Made by a program: the position numbers and the translations under genes. DNA of 64,000 nt from an uncultured Bacteroidota bacterium (lineage in GTDB: Bacteria > Bacteroidota > Bacteroidia > Chitinophagales > Chitinophagaceae). The notes under the pieces are model-generated. The model saw only the letters and a list, made by a program, of their open reading frames with translations, ran no database searches and was not told the origin of the DNA. Shown in pieces: positions 28,176 to 37,497 of the stretch (positions are counted from its first letter, which is position 1; each line of letters begins with the position of its first letter). Location of the stretch: contig CAIVEW010000079.1 of the NCBI GenBank assembly GCA_903905065.1, forward strand, positions 3,622 to 67,621, given 5' to 3'.

Positions 28176-28183
28176 CAAATGTA
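28176..28183 (-). promoter_or_regulatory. -7 promoter element (TACATTTG on the minus strand) for the dipeptidase gene
   Basis: It matches TAnnTTTG and lies 20 nt upstream of the ATG at 28156. Confidence 0.45.
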
Positions 28184-28292
28184 ATACACTCTGAAATAAT
28201 ATTGTTAAATGTTCCGGCCGCTTTATTTATATTCTTTTAACACTCCATGGCGTGTTTTTTTTTGGCTCATAAAGAAGAACAAAACGTGATTT

Positions 28293-28763
28293 ATGAAAAA
28301 GATACTTTTAATAACATTTATAGGTTTAAGTACCTTAAATGGCTATGCTCAAAATAAATGTAACTGCTCATGTAAACACAAGGCAACCGACCATAAAGTT
28401 GCTGTTGTGCGCCATGGTGCTTCGCCAGACAGGAATAAGCTACCGTATCGGCCAGCATTCGTAACGGTATTGCCGCATGTGCCGAATACCTATGTGCCAG
28501 TGCCGCCTGCCCCGGAACCTTGCCACACTTATACACAACATGATATCGTGGTGCAGGAATGCCCTAACACATTTTACGATAATAATGGAGCTATCCAGTA
28601 TAACGGAGAGGGGACGTTCTTGGGCTATTATCCGGATGGTAAATCGGGCGAAAAAAGCGAAAATGCAAACAATGATATGGCGCCTCAGCATACTGTGATC
28701 AGTAATTACAGGGGTGTAGCTCCGGCAGACGGGAACTCGTGCAACGGTTGCCAGCCGCAATAA
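28293..28763 (+). CDS. Hypothetical secreted Cys-containing protein
   Basis: The signal peptide is MKKILLITFIGLSTLNGYAQ. The mature part is Pro-rich with paired cysteines (CNCSC ... CNGC). I recognise no family. Confidence 0.55.
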   Translation: MKKILLITFIGLSTLNGYAQNKCNCSCKHKATDHKVAVVRHGASPDRNKLPYRPAFVTVLPHVPNTYVPVPPAPEPCHTYTQHDIVVQECPNTFYDNNGAIQYNGEGTFLGYYPDGKSGEKSENANNDMAPQHTVISNYRGVAPADGNSCNGCQPQ

Positions 28764-28820
28764 GAAATGAAATAGTTCATGATCAGGAAGAAAGCTGTTC
28801 TCCTATTGGGACAGCTTTTT

Positions 28821-29576
28821 TTAACGGTATGCCTCAATGAATTTCTTCGCTTCTTCCTGTGTGTAAAAGCTGAAATTCCGGTAGCGATCATGCACGTCAA
28901 TGATCTCTTCGACCGCGTCATCCACTAATGCTTTATTGTCCCAGCCGGTAATGTGTTTCATTACTTTTTCCAGGCAGCCCTTTTTATAGCTTATCTGCCC
29001 TATCACGTGCACTAAAGTTTCCCGTACCCGTTTGGTGCGGTCGTGCTGCAGTTCTTTGAGCAATGGCAGTATGTCCTCGGGGTGGGTTCGACCCCTTAAC
29101 TCTATGCCATGACAAACTTCTCTGCGTATCTCCTTATCCGGGTGATGCAAGTAAGTGTGCGCCCATTCTATTACCGGTTCCGGGTTTTTCTCACCCATTT
29201 TCTTTACGGAACCTATCACTGCATTGCGTACTGAATGATGTTTGTCAAAAAGCCCTGTATTAAAAAAGTGCTTTACAACGCCAAAATCATGCTTCCCGAT
29301 TTCCCCCGCGGCATTAATGCTTGTTTGCCTTGTCCTGGCATCGTCATCTTTTAGCAAAGCTTCCAAAACACTTATGATCTTGTCCTGTAATTTTGTGTTG
29401 GTAAAGTATATCCTGCCGATAGCGAGATAGGCTGTCTTTCTGATATAGGTATCGTCATCTGCAAAAAACGGAAGGAGCCCATCTTGCCTCCCGTCACGGA
29501 GAGCGTCTGCTATTTCCCGGTTTATCTTTTCAACGAGGGTGTTGCGCTGTTCTTTTCCAAGTTCGTAAAAGCTCAT
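28821..29576 (-). CDS. HEAT-repeat domain protein
   Basis: The protein is 251 aa with repeated helical units (DDDTYIRKTAYLAIGRI; DDARTRQTSINAAGEIG; HSVRNAVIGSV; EIRREVCHGIE; KRVRETLVHVIGQI). Confidence 0.55.
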   Translation of the reverse strand: MSFYELGKEQRNTLVEKINREIADALRDGRQDGLLPFFADDDTYIRKTAYLAIGRIYFTNTKLQDKIISVLEALLKDDDARTRQTSINAAGEIGKHDFGVVKHFFNTGLFDKHHSVRNAVIGSVKKMGEKNPEPVIEWAHTYLHHPDKEIRREVCHGIELRGRTHPEDILPLLKELQHDRTKRVRETLVHVIGQISYKKGCLEKVMKHITGWDNKALVDDAVEEIIDVHDRYRNFSFYTQEEAKKFIEAYR

Positions 29577-29637
29577 TTTTTAGGAATTAGGAATTTGGGT
29601 TCTGGAATTTGGATTGCGGCTCTTGGAATTGATCTTG

Positions 29638-31071
29638 TCATTTGTTGGTTGTCATCACCTTTCTTTCAAAACTGTTGAAACGCCCGGTCAATTGTTTTTT
29701 TAATTTTTCTTTTACGGCATCTTCTTTAATAAAACTAAAGTCGATACTGTTGAATACATACTGTTTAATATCGTTGTATGAAATGTCTTTGTAGCGTTTT
29801 GCCAGTAGGACGAACTGATAAGTAAGGTTACTTCTCAGCACACCGGCATCGTCGCTGCAGATGACGATAGGTACATGGAAGTCTTTGTATAAAGTAATGG
29901 GATGCTGATCATCTTTTACCTTCAGAATGAACTCATTGCTGAACAGGTTTATTTCAATTGGTATTTTGTGCGCGGCCATATATTCGAGCAAGTCATAGCA
30001 ATTGTGCTCATAGGCCATGTCGGCGCCATGCCCTATACGGTTGGCGCCTGCCGTTCTTACAGCGGCGTTTATGTGCCAGGTAAGTTCTTCTGGCTTTACC
30101 ATACCCAATGCTAGTTCACCTGCGTGCATCGAATATTTTACATCGGGGTATTTTTCATGGCAGTATTTGAACATTTGCATATGCAGCCAGTAATCTCTCA
30201 TGGAGACCTCGTTATCTTCAGGCGCTACAATATTCACGCCTACAATTAATGAACAAGTATTTGCCGATTCAAATGCCAGCACCAGGTTCTTAAAAACATC
30301 GGCTGGCGGCACAACGCGTATTACATAATTCTGGTACCGCATTGTAAATGACGAATCGTCTATCTTCAGTCCATAGTGCAGCTTTGACACAACATTATTG
30401 TTATACTCAGCCGCGCAGGCTTTTATATTTTTGTCCTGCACTGTTTTATAAAGCTTGTCCAGCAAGGTTCTTGTCTGGGTTTCATCCCGGTTTCGCTGAG
30501 CATCTTCCAGCGGCCGGTTAAAACTCGTATCCACCACCTTTATGTTATCGCAATGTATACTGGTGAACATAGTCTCAATGTAGCTGACGTTCTCATTGAG
30601 CGCCCTCCGTTTTAGCTCCATCAGGCCCGTATCAAGCCTCCCCGGCCCGTCATTGGCTATTCCAAAGCCAGAAAAAGTCTCGAAAAATTGTTTGTCGGAA
30701 GGGTAGCTGACACCATTATAGTCTTTTACGGACCATTTCTGTATCAATTTTTGCTTGTAGCCGGCCAGCAATCCGCTATCATTCAGTTTAGAAAAGCGCA
30801 CCCAACCCTTTCCTTCTTTTGGGGGTGCTGATTTTACTTCGAGCGTGCCTTCGTTGATCACGTAATCTTGCTGCACTACATAACTAATATATGTTTCTGC
30901 ATAGACCGAGCCGCTATAGTGGTTGTGGAGGTCGCCGCCTTTTGGCATTTGAGAAAAAAAAGCCGTCAGTTCAGCGGTATTGTTCCTGATGCTTTCGAAG
31001 TATCTGTCAATGCTCTGTGCATATGCAGAAGCTGTCAATAATGAGCAGAGCAGCGCCAGTAGTTTATTCAT
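29638..31071 (-). CDS. Secreted adenosine/adenine deaminase family amidohydrolase (ADGF-like)
   Basis: The signal peptide is MNKLLALLCSLLTASAYAQ. Metal and catalytic motifs are GGDLHNHYSG, SMHAGE, RIGHG and ICSDDAGV. Confidence 0.72.
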   Translation of the reverse strand: MNKLLALLCSLLTASAYAQSIDRYFESIRNNTAELTAFFSQMPKGGDLHNHYSGSVYAETYISYVVQQDYVINEGTLEVKSAPPKEGKGWVRFSKLNDSGLLAGYKQKLIQKWSVKDYNGVSYPSDKQFFETFSGFGIANDGPGRLDTGLMELKRRALNENVSYIETMFTSIHCDNIKVVDTSFNRPLEDAQRNRDETQTRTLLDKLYKTVQDKNIKACAAEYNNNVVSKLHYGLKIDDSSFTMRYQNYVIRVVPPADVFKNLVLAFESANTCSLIVGVNIVAPEDNEVSMRDYWLHMQMFKYCHEKYPDVKYSMHAGELALGMVKPEELTWHINAAVRTAGANRIGHGADMAYEHNCYDLLEYMAAHKIPIEINLFSNEFILKVKDDQHPITLYKDFHVPIVICSDDAGVLRSNLTYQFVLLAKRYKDISYNDIKQYVFNSIDFSFIKEDAVKEKLKKQLTGRFNSFERKVMTTNK

Positions 31072-31169
31072 TCAAGTGGTGATTGGTACATCAATTTACA
31101 AAAAATACGGTTACATATCACCATTACGGCAACATATAACTGTGCAATTCGGAAATTTTTGGCGGTATA

Positions 31170-31604
31170 TTAGTTAATGCTAAGTAGTTCCACTTCGAAG
31201 ATCAAAGTGCTATTCGGGCCTATCACTGCGCTTACCTGCCTGTCTCCATAACCCAGGTGAGGGGGTATAAAGAAACGCCATTTGCTGCCCGTCGGCATCA
31301 GTTGAACGCCCTCTGTCCAGCCCTTGATCACCTGGTTCAAAGGAAAAGAAGCAGGCTTGCCGCGCTGTACAGAACTATCGAAAACGGAGCCATCGATCAC
31401 AGTGCCATGGTAGTGGCAGGTAACTGTATTAGAAGCCGTTGGTTTTGGCCCTGTGCCTTCCGTGATTATTTCGTATTGCAGGCCGCTGGGAAGCTCGGTA
31501 ACACCCGGCTTCAGCTTGTTGGCAGCAAGGAATTCCTGGCCGGCTTTAAGATTGGCAGCTCCTCTTTCTTCTTTCATTTGAAACAGTTTGTCTGTGATGT
31601 TCAT
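31170..31604 (-). CDS. FKBP-type peptidyl-prolyl cis-trans isomerase
   Basis: The matching sequence is VTCHYHGTVIDGSVFDSSVQRGKPASFPLNQVIKGWTEGVQLMPTGSKWRFFIPPHLGYGDR...LIFEVELL. Confidence 0.92.
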   Translation of the reverse strand: MNITDKLFQMKEERGAANLKAGQEFLAANKLKPGVTELPSGLQYEIITEGTGPKPTASNTVTCHYHGTVIDGSVFDSSVQRGKPASFPLNQVIKGWTEGVQLMPTGSKWRFFIPPHLGYGDRQVSAVIGPNSTLIFEVELLSIN

Positions 31605-31760
31605 ATGCGTAGTCTGTTGCGGGCGAAGATAAATAAAATTGTTCAGTTAACCAATAGTTAACTAGATTCATATTGCATTGATAGCTATGTAATTATCATT
31701 TTGTGGTTGCAATGATCCAAAAATATTTTTCTTTATTAGAATGAGCATGTATATTAGTCC

Positions 31761-32276
31761 ATGCCGCAAAATCACTACCTGGTTCCGGAACATTTTCAGG
31801 GGGCTGAAAAAAATATTGAACACACAATCATAACCGGTACAACCGAAGATGCCGAAGATGGGTTTGTGGATGCCAAAGAGCGGCTGCTGGATGTAAACAA
31901 TTGGTCCATGTATACTGGCCCGGATATTCACTTTGAGCTTGCTGATGCACACGACAAACTATTGAATCGTAAGGCTCATAAAGGGGACTTTATAAAAATG
32001 GAAGCACCTGATGTGGCTCCCGCGGTAGTAGGCGTTGAAGCCATAGAATATGATGATTACCCCGACGAGGGCCGTGAGACCTTCGCAATAAGGTTAAAGC
32101 CCGGCATAAACAACCCGGAAACGAATGTGGACCAACATAATGCCACGGCCACAATAGTCATAGACCGCCGACACAAGAAACTAACGGCTTCCTATCATGG
32201 CCGAAATGAAGCAGGAGCATGGTTTAGTCTTTCGGATGAGCTCTTGAGCGATTTGGTGAAGGGGTTTGTAGCATGA
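31761..32276 (+). CDS. Hypothetical protein
   Basis: The protein is 171 aa, acidic and soluble. I recognise no family. Confidence 0.5.
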   Translation: MPQNHYLVPEHFQGAEKNIEHTIITGTTEDAEDGFVDAKERLLDVNNWSMYTGPDIHFELADAHDKLLNRKAHKGDFIKMEAPDVAPAVVGVEAIEYDDYPDEGRETFAIRLKPGINNPETNVDQHNATATIVIDRRHKKLTASYHGRNEAGAWFSLSDELLSDLVKGFVA

Positions 32277-32380
32277 ACCGGTGTGCGAGAGGGCGTACTA
32301 ACTATTATCACCAACCTGATCAAAATCATTGCCTGCCCGTATTTTTACGATAACTTTGCCGCCCATAAAACAAATACTTA

Positions 32381-33262
32381 ATGCGGTTTAATTTTAGTTT
32401 GCTGTTACTTGTTTTAGCATGCTCAGTGTTGAGCACTAATGAGGGTTTCGCTCAATCAACAAATAAGGAGGTAGCAAAAAAACAAAGGAGGAGAACGGGC
32501 TCTATTTACTTTAGTTGGGGCTACAATGAAGAGTCCTACACGCGCTCCACGCTCCATGTAAAGCAGGAGGGCATGGGCAATGACTACGAACTCATACATG
32601 TGCGTGCGCAGGACCACCAGGGGTGGAACGATGGCGTACTGCATAAAGCGCTCACTATTCCTCAATATAACTACCGGCTTGGTTACTACTTCAATGAAAA
32701 ACAAGATCTGGCCATCGAGCTCAACTTCGACCATACCAAGTATATCATCTCCGGTATGCAGAATATACACCTCAAGGGCACGCTTAACCATAGGGTAGTG
32801 GACTCCACGATATATTGGTCAGATCAGAATGGGGACTACTACTACTTAAATAATGGGGCAAATTTCTTCCTGTTCAACCTGGTAAAACGGTTGGGCTTAT
32901 ATCACACGCACAGCAATAATATAAGGTTAGATCTCACCGGTAAAGCGGGCATAGGCCCGGTAATACCCCATGTGCAGAACAGCTTTTTCGGGTATGTGAA
33001 CAGCCAGCAGTTTCAGCTTGGCGGATGGAACACCGGGGTTGAACTTGCACTGCGCCTTACGATCATGAAATATGGCTTCCTGGAGTTTTCTCAGAAGCTG
33101 GATTATGCACGTTACAGCCACCTGTTGATCTACGATGGCAGAGCAAGCCAGAACTTTGGTACCTATGAAACCATTTTGAGCATCGGGGTTGTGCTGCCGA
33201 CTACCAAGGGTAATCCGGTGTTTCATAAAGAACGACCAGCTACGGAGCCAGGTACGAGGTAA
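32381..33262 (+). CDS. Hypothetical outer-membrane (beta-barrel-like) protein
   Basis: The signal peptide is MRFNFSLLLLVLACSVLSTNEGFAQ. Alternating aromatic and polar strands run through the rest of the protein. Confidence 0.55.
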   Translation: MRFNFSLLLLVLACSVLSTNEGFAQSTNKEVAKKQRRRTGSIYFSWGYNEESYTRSTLHVKQEGMGNDYELIHVRAQDHQGWNDGVLHKALTIPQYNYRLGYYFNEKQDLAIELNFDHTKYIISGMQNIHLKGTLNHRVVDSTIYWSDQNGDYYYLNNGANFFLFNLVKRLGLYHTHSNNIRLDLTGKAGIGPVIPHVQNSFFGYVNSQQFQLGGWNTGVELALRLTIMKYGFLEFSQKLDYARYSHLLIYDGRASQNFGTYETILSIGVVLPTTKGNPVFHKERPATEPGTR

Positions 33263-33263
33263 C

Positions 33264-34526
33264 CTATTTGGTGCTTTGGATGAATTCCAGGATTGCCGGC
33301 ATCAACCCTGGACTCAGCGGGAGTTTTGGGTTGTTGTAGGTGGCTACATTCTTTTCCCTGTCTTCGGGAGCTTGTTTCAATGGATGATTCATTCCATCTA
33401 TCACTTTCAGTGTAGCGTTAGGATTTGCCTTTTTTAGTTGTTCTGCCTCGCTGGCTTCCACTTGTATGTCGGTAGTACCTTGTATGATCAGTACCGGGAT
33501 GGTGAGCTTTTTAATCTCTTTAGAAGGCTCGTATCTCAGCCAGGAAATCATATAGGGTTGCACCGAAGGCCTAAACAGAGAGGTCAGTGCAGGGTCTACG
33601 CTTTTCACCATGTGGCCGGCATCAAGGCTGTCCAATATTATAGTGGCCTGCGCTGCCAGGCTACCTGACTGAGCACGCAATTGCTTTTCTATTATTTTAT
33701 CCGCTCTTTGGGCAATGCCTGCTATCGAAATGAAGCCCGCCACTTTTTCTTTTTCAGCAGCTATCATACCTATCAGGGAACCCTCGCTATGCCCGGCAAT
33801 GATGATCTTTGAGAACCTTCCATCCTTTTTTAGCATTTTTACAAACCCCACAGCATCGTCAACCATATCACCAAACCTAATGCTGTCTTCAACTATTGCG
33901 GCGCCTTTGCTTTCTCCTACGCCGCGCTTGTCGTACCGTAAAGCCGCAATGCCTGCCTGCTGCAGTGAGTCGGCAAGTAGTTTATAAGCGTCTGTTTTCA
34001 ATCCGCCTGCTTCAGAGTTTCCATTGCGGTCGGTAGGGCCGGAGCCAGCTATTATCAAGACCACAGGCACTTTCTGGCTTCCTTTCGGAAATGTGAGCGA
34101 GCCATACACATCGCCCGTACGTGTTTTCAAAACAATGTTCGATTGCTCGCGAGGAGCGGTGTCTTCTTTGTAGGGAATGAAGCGAAATGTCTCAAGTTTG
34201 TTGCCATCGCTAAGCGATACAAGTAGTGACAAGGTAGCATTGGTAAATTCCGTCTTGTAAAAATTTAGCTTGTCTACCTCTTTTGAGAATTCAAAAGACT
34301 TCATTTCCCCTAGCTGGGAATGAAGCTGGGCAAAGGTTTTCTTTGTCTGGTCCAGCGACAGCAGTCCTTTAGAACGGTCGGACAACATGCCATAAATGCT
34401 GTCGGTTTGCTGTTGATTGTAAAAGTTACGAAACTTGCTTACGACAGCGTCCACACCTGCGTGCGACTGCGCTTTGCATGTTATGGCGATCGCCAATACG
34501 GAAATGATAAACGTGATTTTTTTCAT
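33264..34526 (-). CDS. Secreted alpha/beta hydrolase (S33/S9-like) with an N-terminal DUF3887-like domain
   Basis: It has a signal peptide, the nucleophile elbow GHSEGS, and a VLIIAGSGPTDRNGN loop. Confidence 0.75.
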   Translation of the reverse strand: MKKITFIISVLAIAITCKAQSHAGVDAVVSKFRNFYNQQQTDSIYGMLSDRSKGLLSLDQTKKTFAQLHSQLGEMKSFEFSKEVDKLNFYKTEFTNATLSLLVSLSDGNKLETFRFIPYKEDTAPREQSNIVLKTRTGDVYGSLTFPKGSQKVPVVLIIAGSGPTDRNGNSEAGGLKTDAYKLLADSLQQAGIAALRYDKRGVGESKGAAIVEDSIRFGDMVDDAVGFVKMLKKDGRFSKIIIAGHSEGSLIGMIAAEKEKVAGFISIAGIAQRADKIIEKQLRAQSGSLAAQATIILDSLDAGHMVKSVDPALTSLFRPSVQPYMISWLRYEPSKEIKKLTIPVLIIQGTTDIQVEASEAEQLKKANPNATLKVIDGMNHPLKQAPEDREKNVATYNNPKLPLSPGLMPAILEFIQSTK

Positions 34527-34533
34527 GGTGCGT

Positions 34534-35100
34534 TTAATAAATTGTGTGCAATATTAATTTGGATAAGACTTCAGCTATTATCAGGCCAATGATGAATGAC
34601 CATACAGCCTTTCCTCCTTTAAGATTGCAGGAAGTTGTAAAGGCGTTGTACATAAGGGCAACCATCCAAACCACAAGAGCAAGGCTCAGTAAGCCACACA
34701 CGATCACGGGCCCTGTCATAACCCGCTTCATCATTTCTTCCATGGATACAGGCTGGTTTGGCCCGGGCATATAAACGCCAAACCCGGCGATTGCCACAAA
34801 GATCATTACCCACCTAGCCAAAGCAAAAGTACCCGCAACGTCTATGAACCGGATAGACGACCTGGAAAATATGCTCCCGGCAGTATAAAATATTACTACC
34901 AGTAAAGACCAATCAACTAATGCATCTTCAAAGTAAAACCACATAGGCGCCGCATGCCCTGAATGTGCATCTAAAACCCCATCAAAATGAGTTTTGCTGT
35001 AATAGCCAATAACCGCAGCTCCCAGCATTGCAGCCCAGCCGATGATCAGGGCTTTTGTACCGGCTATATAAATAAAGGGATTAAACAGCCATTTTTTCAT
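34534..35100 (-). CDS. Hypothetical polytopic membrane protein
   Basis: The protein is 188 aa with 5-6 TM segments. Its ATG overlaps the stop of the upstream DUF2089 gene (ATGA). Confidence 0.65.
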   Translation of the reverse strand: MKKWLFNPFIYIAGTKALIIGWAAMLGAAVIGYYSKTHFDGVLDAHSGHAAPMWFYFEDALVDWSLLVVIFYTAGSIFSRSSIRFIDVAGTFALARWVMIFVAIAGFGVYMPGPNQPVSMEEMMKRVMTGPVIVCGLLSLALVVWMVALMYNAFTTSCNLKGGKAVWSFIIGLIIAEVLSKLILHTIY

Positions 35101-35396
35101 TTGGATGCAGTTTTGTTGTTTTTTTGATTGGTTTCAATCTTCAGGATAATGTCATCGAGCAGGTTGCGGACGGTCGGGTAGCTTAGCCCTAGTTTCTGGG
35201 CCATTATCTTGAGACTGCCGCTGCTTATCACAAAATCAGTGATAAAGTCTTGTTCCTGCTGTGTGAGGCTGGCCAGCAACGGCAGGCTGAACAGGCCGGT
35301 TACCTCGGTAGCGCACTTTTCGCACACCAGGCTTTTCACCTTCAGTGTTGAGGAACAGCTTGGGCAGATATGTGGCAGATTTTTTTGCATCATCAC
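35097..35396 (-). CDS. DUF2089 family protein (zinc ribbon plus HTH, putative transcription factor)
   Basis: It has CPSCSSTLKVKSLVCEKCATEVTGLF (a four-Cys ribbon) and then SLKIMAQKLGLSYPTVRNLLDDII. Confidence 0.8.
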   Translation of the reverse strand: MMMQKNLPHICPSCSSTLKVKSLVCEKCATEVTGLFSLPLLASLTQQEQDFITDFVISSGSLKIMAQKLGLSYPTVRNLLDDIILKIETNQKNNKTASK

Positions 35397-35487
35397 AAAA
35401 GTAATACATTTTTCAATAAAATTTAGTTTTTGTTCAATAAAATTTAAAATTGGTTAAAGTAATTGATGCTTTTACCCAATAAAAAAA

Positions 35488-35509
35488 GCCCCTTGCTTTC
35501 GCAAGAGGC
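35488..35509 (-). terminator. Terminator downstream of rplY
   Basis: On the minus strand the sequence is GCCTCTTGC-GAAA-GCAAGGGGC followed by a T7 run. Confidence 0.7.
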
Positions 35510-35532
35510 TCACATTTTTATCTCTATTGATA

Positions 35533-36204
35533 TTATTTCTTGGCTGCTGGCTTAGCTGCTGCCGCCGGAGCTGCTTTGCCCGCTGCAGGTGCTGCTGCCG
35601 CTGCTGGCGCTGCTTTACCTGCTGCCGGAGCTGCTGCTGCTGCAGTTTCTTCCTGGCGAAGGGCACGGGTAGTAACTACCGATGCAACCGGGATACGGGG
35701 AGAGTTAAGGATCTCCATGTTTTCAGCTATCACTTCCTGAACACGTATATTACCATGCAGTTGCAGGTTGGTGATGTCCACTTCAATATGCTCTTTCAGG
35801 TGTTTTGGGAATGTGCGCACGTTTAGCGACTTCATTTTCAATTCCAGACGACCGCCGTCTTTTACGCCTTGTGCCTGGCCATGGAACTTCAATGGCAGGG
35901 TAGCCACAACCTTCCGGTCTTCTACCAGCTCCAGGAAGTCGATGTGGTTCAGTTCGTCGGTAACTACGTCGAACTGGATGTCTTTCATGATCGTGCGGTA
36001 GTTCTTACCGTCTACAGATATCTCTGCGATCTGGAATTCTGGCGTATACACCAGTCCGCGGAAAGCCATAACAGGTGCGCTGAAATGGATAGTTTCGTTG
36101 CCGCCGTATATAACGCCCGGAACGTGATCTTCAGAACGGAGTTGGCGTGTTGCTTTTTTGCCAAGGCCGCTTCTGCTTTTACCTTCAATTTTTACACTTT
36201 TCAT
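35533..36204 (-). CDS. rplY: 50S ribosomal protein L25 / general stress protein Ctc, with an Ala/Pro/Lys-rich C-terminal tail
   Basis: It matches the L25/Ctc fold (GKKATRQLRSEDHVPGVIYGG...). The tail is AAAAAPAAGKAAPAAAAAPAAGKAAPAAAAKPAAKK. Confidence 0.92.
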   Translation of the reverse strand: MKSVKIEGKSRSGLGKKATRQLRSEDHVPGVIYGGNETIHFSAPVMAFRGLVYTPEFQIAEISVDGKNYRTIMKDIQFDVVTDELNHIDFLELVEDRKVVATLPLKFHGQAQGVKDGGRLELKMKSLNVRTFPKHLKEHIEVDITNLQLHGNIRVQEVIAENMEILNSPRIPVASVVTTRALRQEETAAAAAPAAGKAAPAAAAAPAAGKAAPAAAAKPAAKK

Positions 36205-36436
36205 TTTTAGTGTTTTGCTATTTCAGTACGGGCGAATATCCGCCAAACATCCGGACTGAAATCTTATTAATAATTAATGTTCCCTTTGCGGGGGCGGATT
36301 TTTTTGTATAAACAGTCTTTATTCTAATTCGTTCATTTGATAATCCGGCAATTAGCCAATTGTACTTATTTCCGCAATTCATTTTATAAAAAGTAACACA
36401 AGCGTTGCCAAATTGTCGAATCGCCAAATTGGCTAA

Positions 36437-37381
36437 TTACTTCCGGTTACTATGTATAAACAAAGAGCTTATCGATTTATTTTCAAAAGTATTGCGGATG
36501 GCTATTGCGAACAGTTCGCCGGTAGATAATACTTTTATTTTGTCACATTGCTTTTTCAGGGGTATAGTATCACAAACTACCAATTCCTCCAGCACTGATT
36601 TTTCTATATTCTCATACGCATTTCCGCTCAACACGGGGTGCGTACAAAACGCCCTTACTGACAATGCACCGCGCTCCTTAAGTATGGCTGCACTTTTTGA
36701 TAAGGTGCCTGCGGTGTCGCAAATGTCGTCTATCAAAACTACGTTCCTGCCGCTCACATCGCCTATCACCGTCATCGCAGCTATCTCATTTGCGCGCTTG
36801 CGTTGCTTGTCACAGATAACCATATCTGCTTCAAAATACTTGGCTACTTCGCGTACCCTGTTCGTACTTCCTACGTCGGGGGCCGCAAAGATAAGGTTTT
36901 CTATCTTCAATTTTTCAATATACGGTATAAAAATTGCCGAAGAATCCAGGTGATCCACTGGTATATCAAAAAAACCTTGTATTTGTGGTGCGTGGAGGTC
37001 CATGGTCATCACCCGGTTGGCGCCTGCTTCGGTTAGCAGGTTAGCCACAAGCTTCGATGCTATGGATACGCGGGGCTTATCCTTCCTGTCCTGCCGGGCA
37101 TAGCCGAAATAGGGGATAACACAAGTGATATAGCCTGCCGACGCACGGCGGGCGCCGTCTATCATCATGAGCAGTTCCATGAGATTATCCGACGGTGCAA
37201 ATGTTGATTGCACGAGGAAAACATAGTCGCCCCTGATGGACTCCTGGAATACCGGCTGAAACTCCCCATCGCTGAATTTCTGGATGGAAAGTGCTCCAAG
37301 TGGCTTGCCGTAATTTTTTGAAATTGTTTCTGCCAGGTAATTGGAGGCAGTTCCCGAGAAAATTTTTACTGAAGAATCCAT
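36437..37381 (-). CDS. prs: Ribose-phosphate pyrophosphokinase
   Basis: Motifs are YFGYARQDRK, DLHAPQIQGFF and VLIDDICDTAGT. The start is set at MDSSVKIFSG because a -7 box occupies 37400-37407. Confidence 0.95.
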   Translation of the reverse strand: MDSSVKIFSGTASNYLAETISKNYGKPLGALSIQKFSDGEFQPVFQESIRGDYVFLVQSTFAPSDNLMELLMMIDGARRASAGYITCVIPYFGYARQDRKDKPRVSIASKLVANLLTEAGANRVMTMDLHAPQIQGFFDIPVDHLDSSAIFIPYIEKLKIENLIFAAPDVGSTNRVREVAKYFEADMVICDKQRKRANEIAAMTVIGDVSGRNVVLIDDICDTAGTLSKSAAILKERGALSVRAFCTHPVLSGNAYENIEKSVLEELVVCDTIPLKKQCDKIKVLSTGELFAIAIRNTFENKSISSLFIHSNRK

Positions 37382-37399
37382 TGAGTGTGGTATGGACCG

Positions 37400-37407
37400 C
37401 AAAGGTA
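37400..37407 (-). promoter_or_regulatory. -7 promoter element (TACCTTTG on the minus strand) for prs
   Basis: It matches TAnnTTTG and lies 19 nt upstream of the ATG at 37381. Confidence 0.45.
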
Positions 37408-37497
37408 ATAAAAACGTAACACCCTTTGGAAGGGTATTTATTCTTTACTTACTAACACTTTAGGCAGTTTTCCGGGTTTTAGCAATTCAGAATATCA

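Noticed and set aside
35472-35826. Low-complexity ORFs: Gln-rich (35472-35666), Cys/Arg-rich (35527-35826) and Ala-rich (35540-35740).
   Set aside because: They are alternative frames or strands of the GCTGC-rich repeat that encodes the Ala/Pro/Lys tail of L25. The L25 frame is supported by homology.
36205-36436. An inverted repeat (TTTCAGT...ACTGAAA) and a G-rich segment in the prs-rplY spacer, which could be a ribosomal-protein leader or a terminator.
   Set aside because: The stem is short and interrupted, and I know of no matching L25 leader motif. The evidence is insufficient for a feature call.
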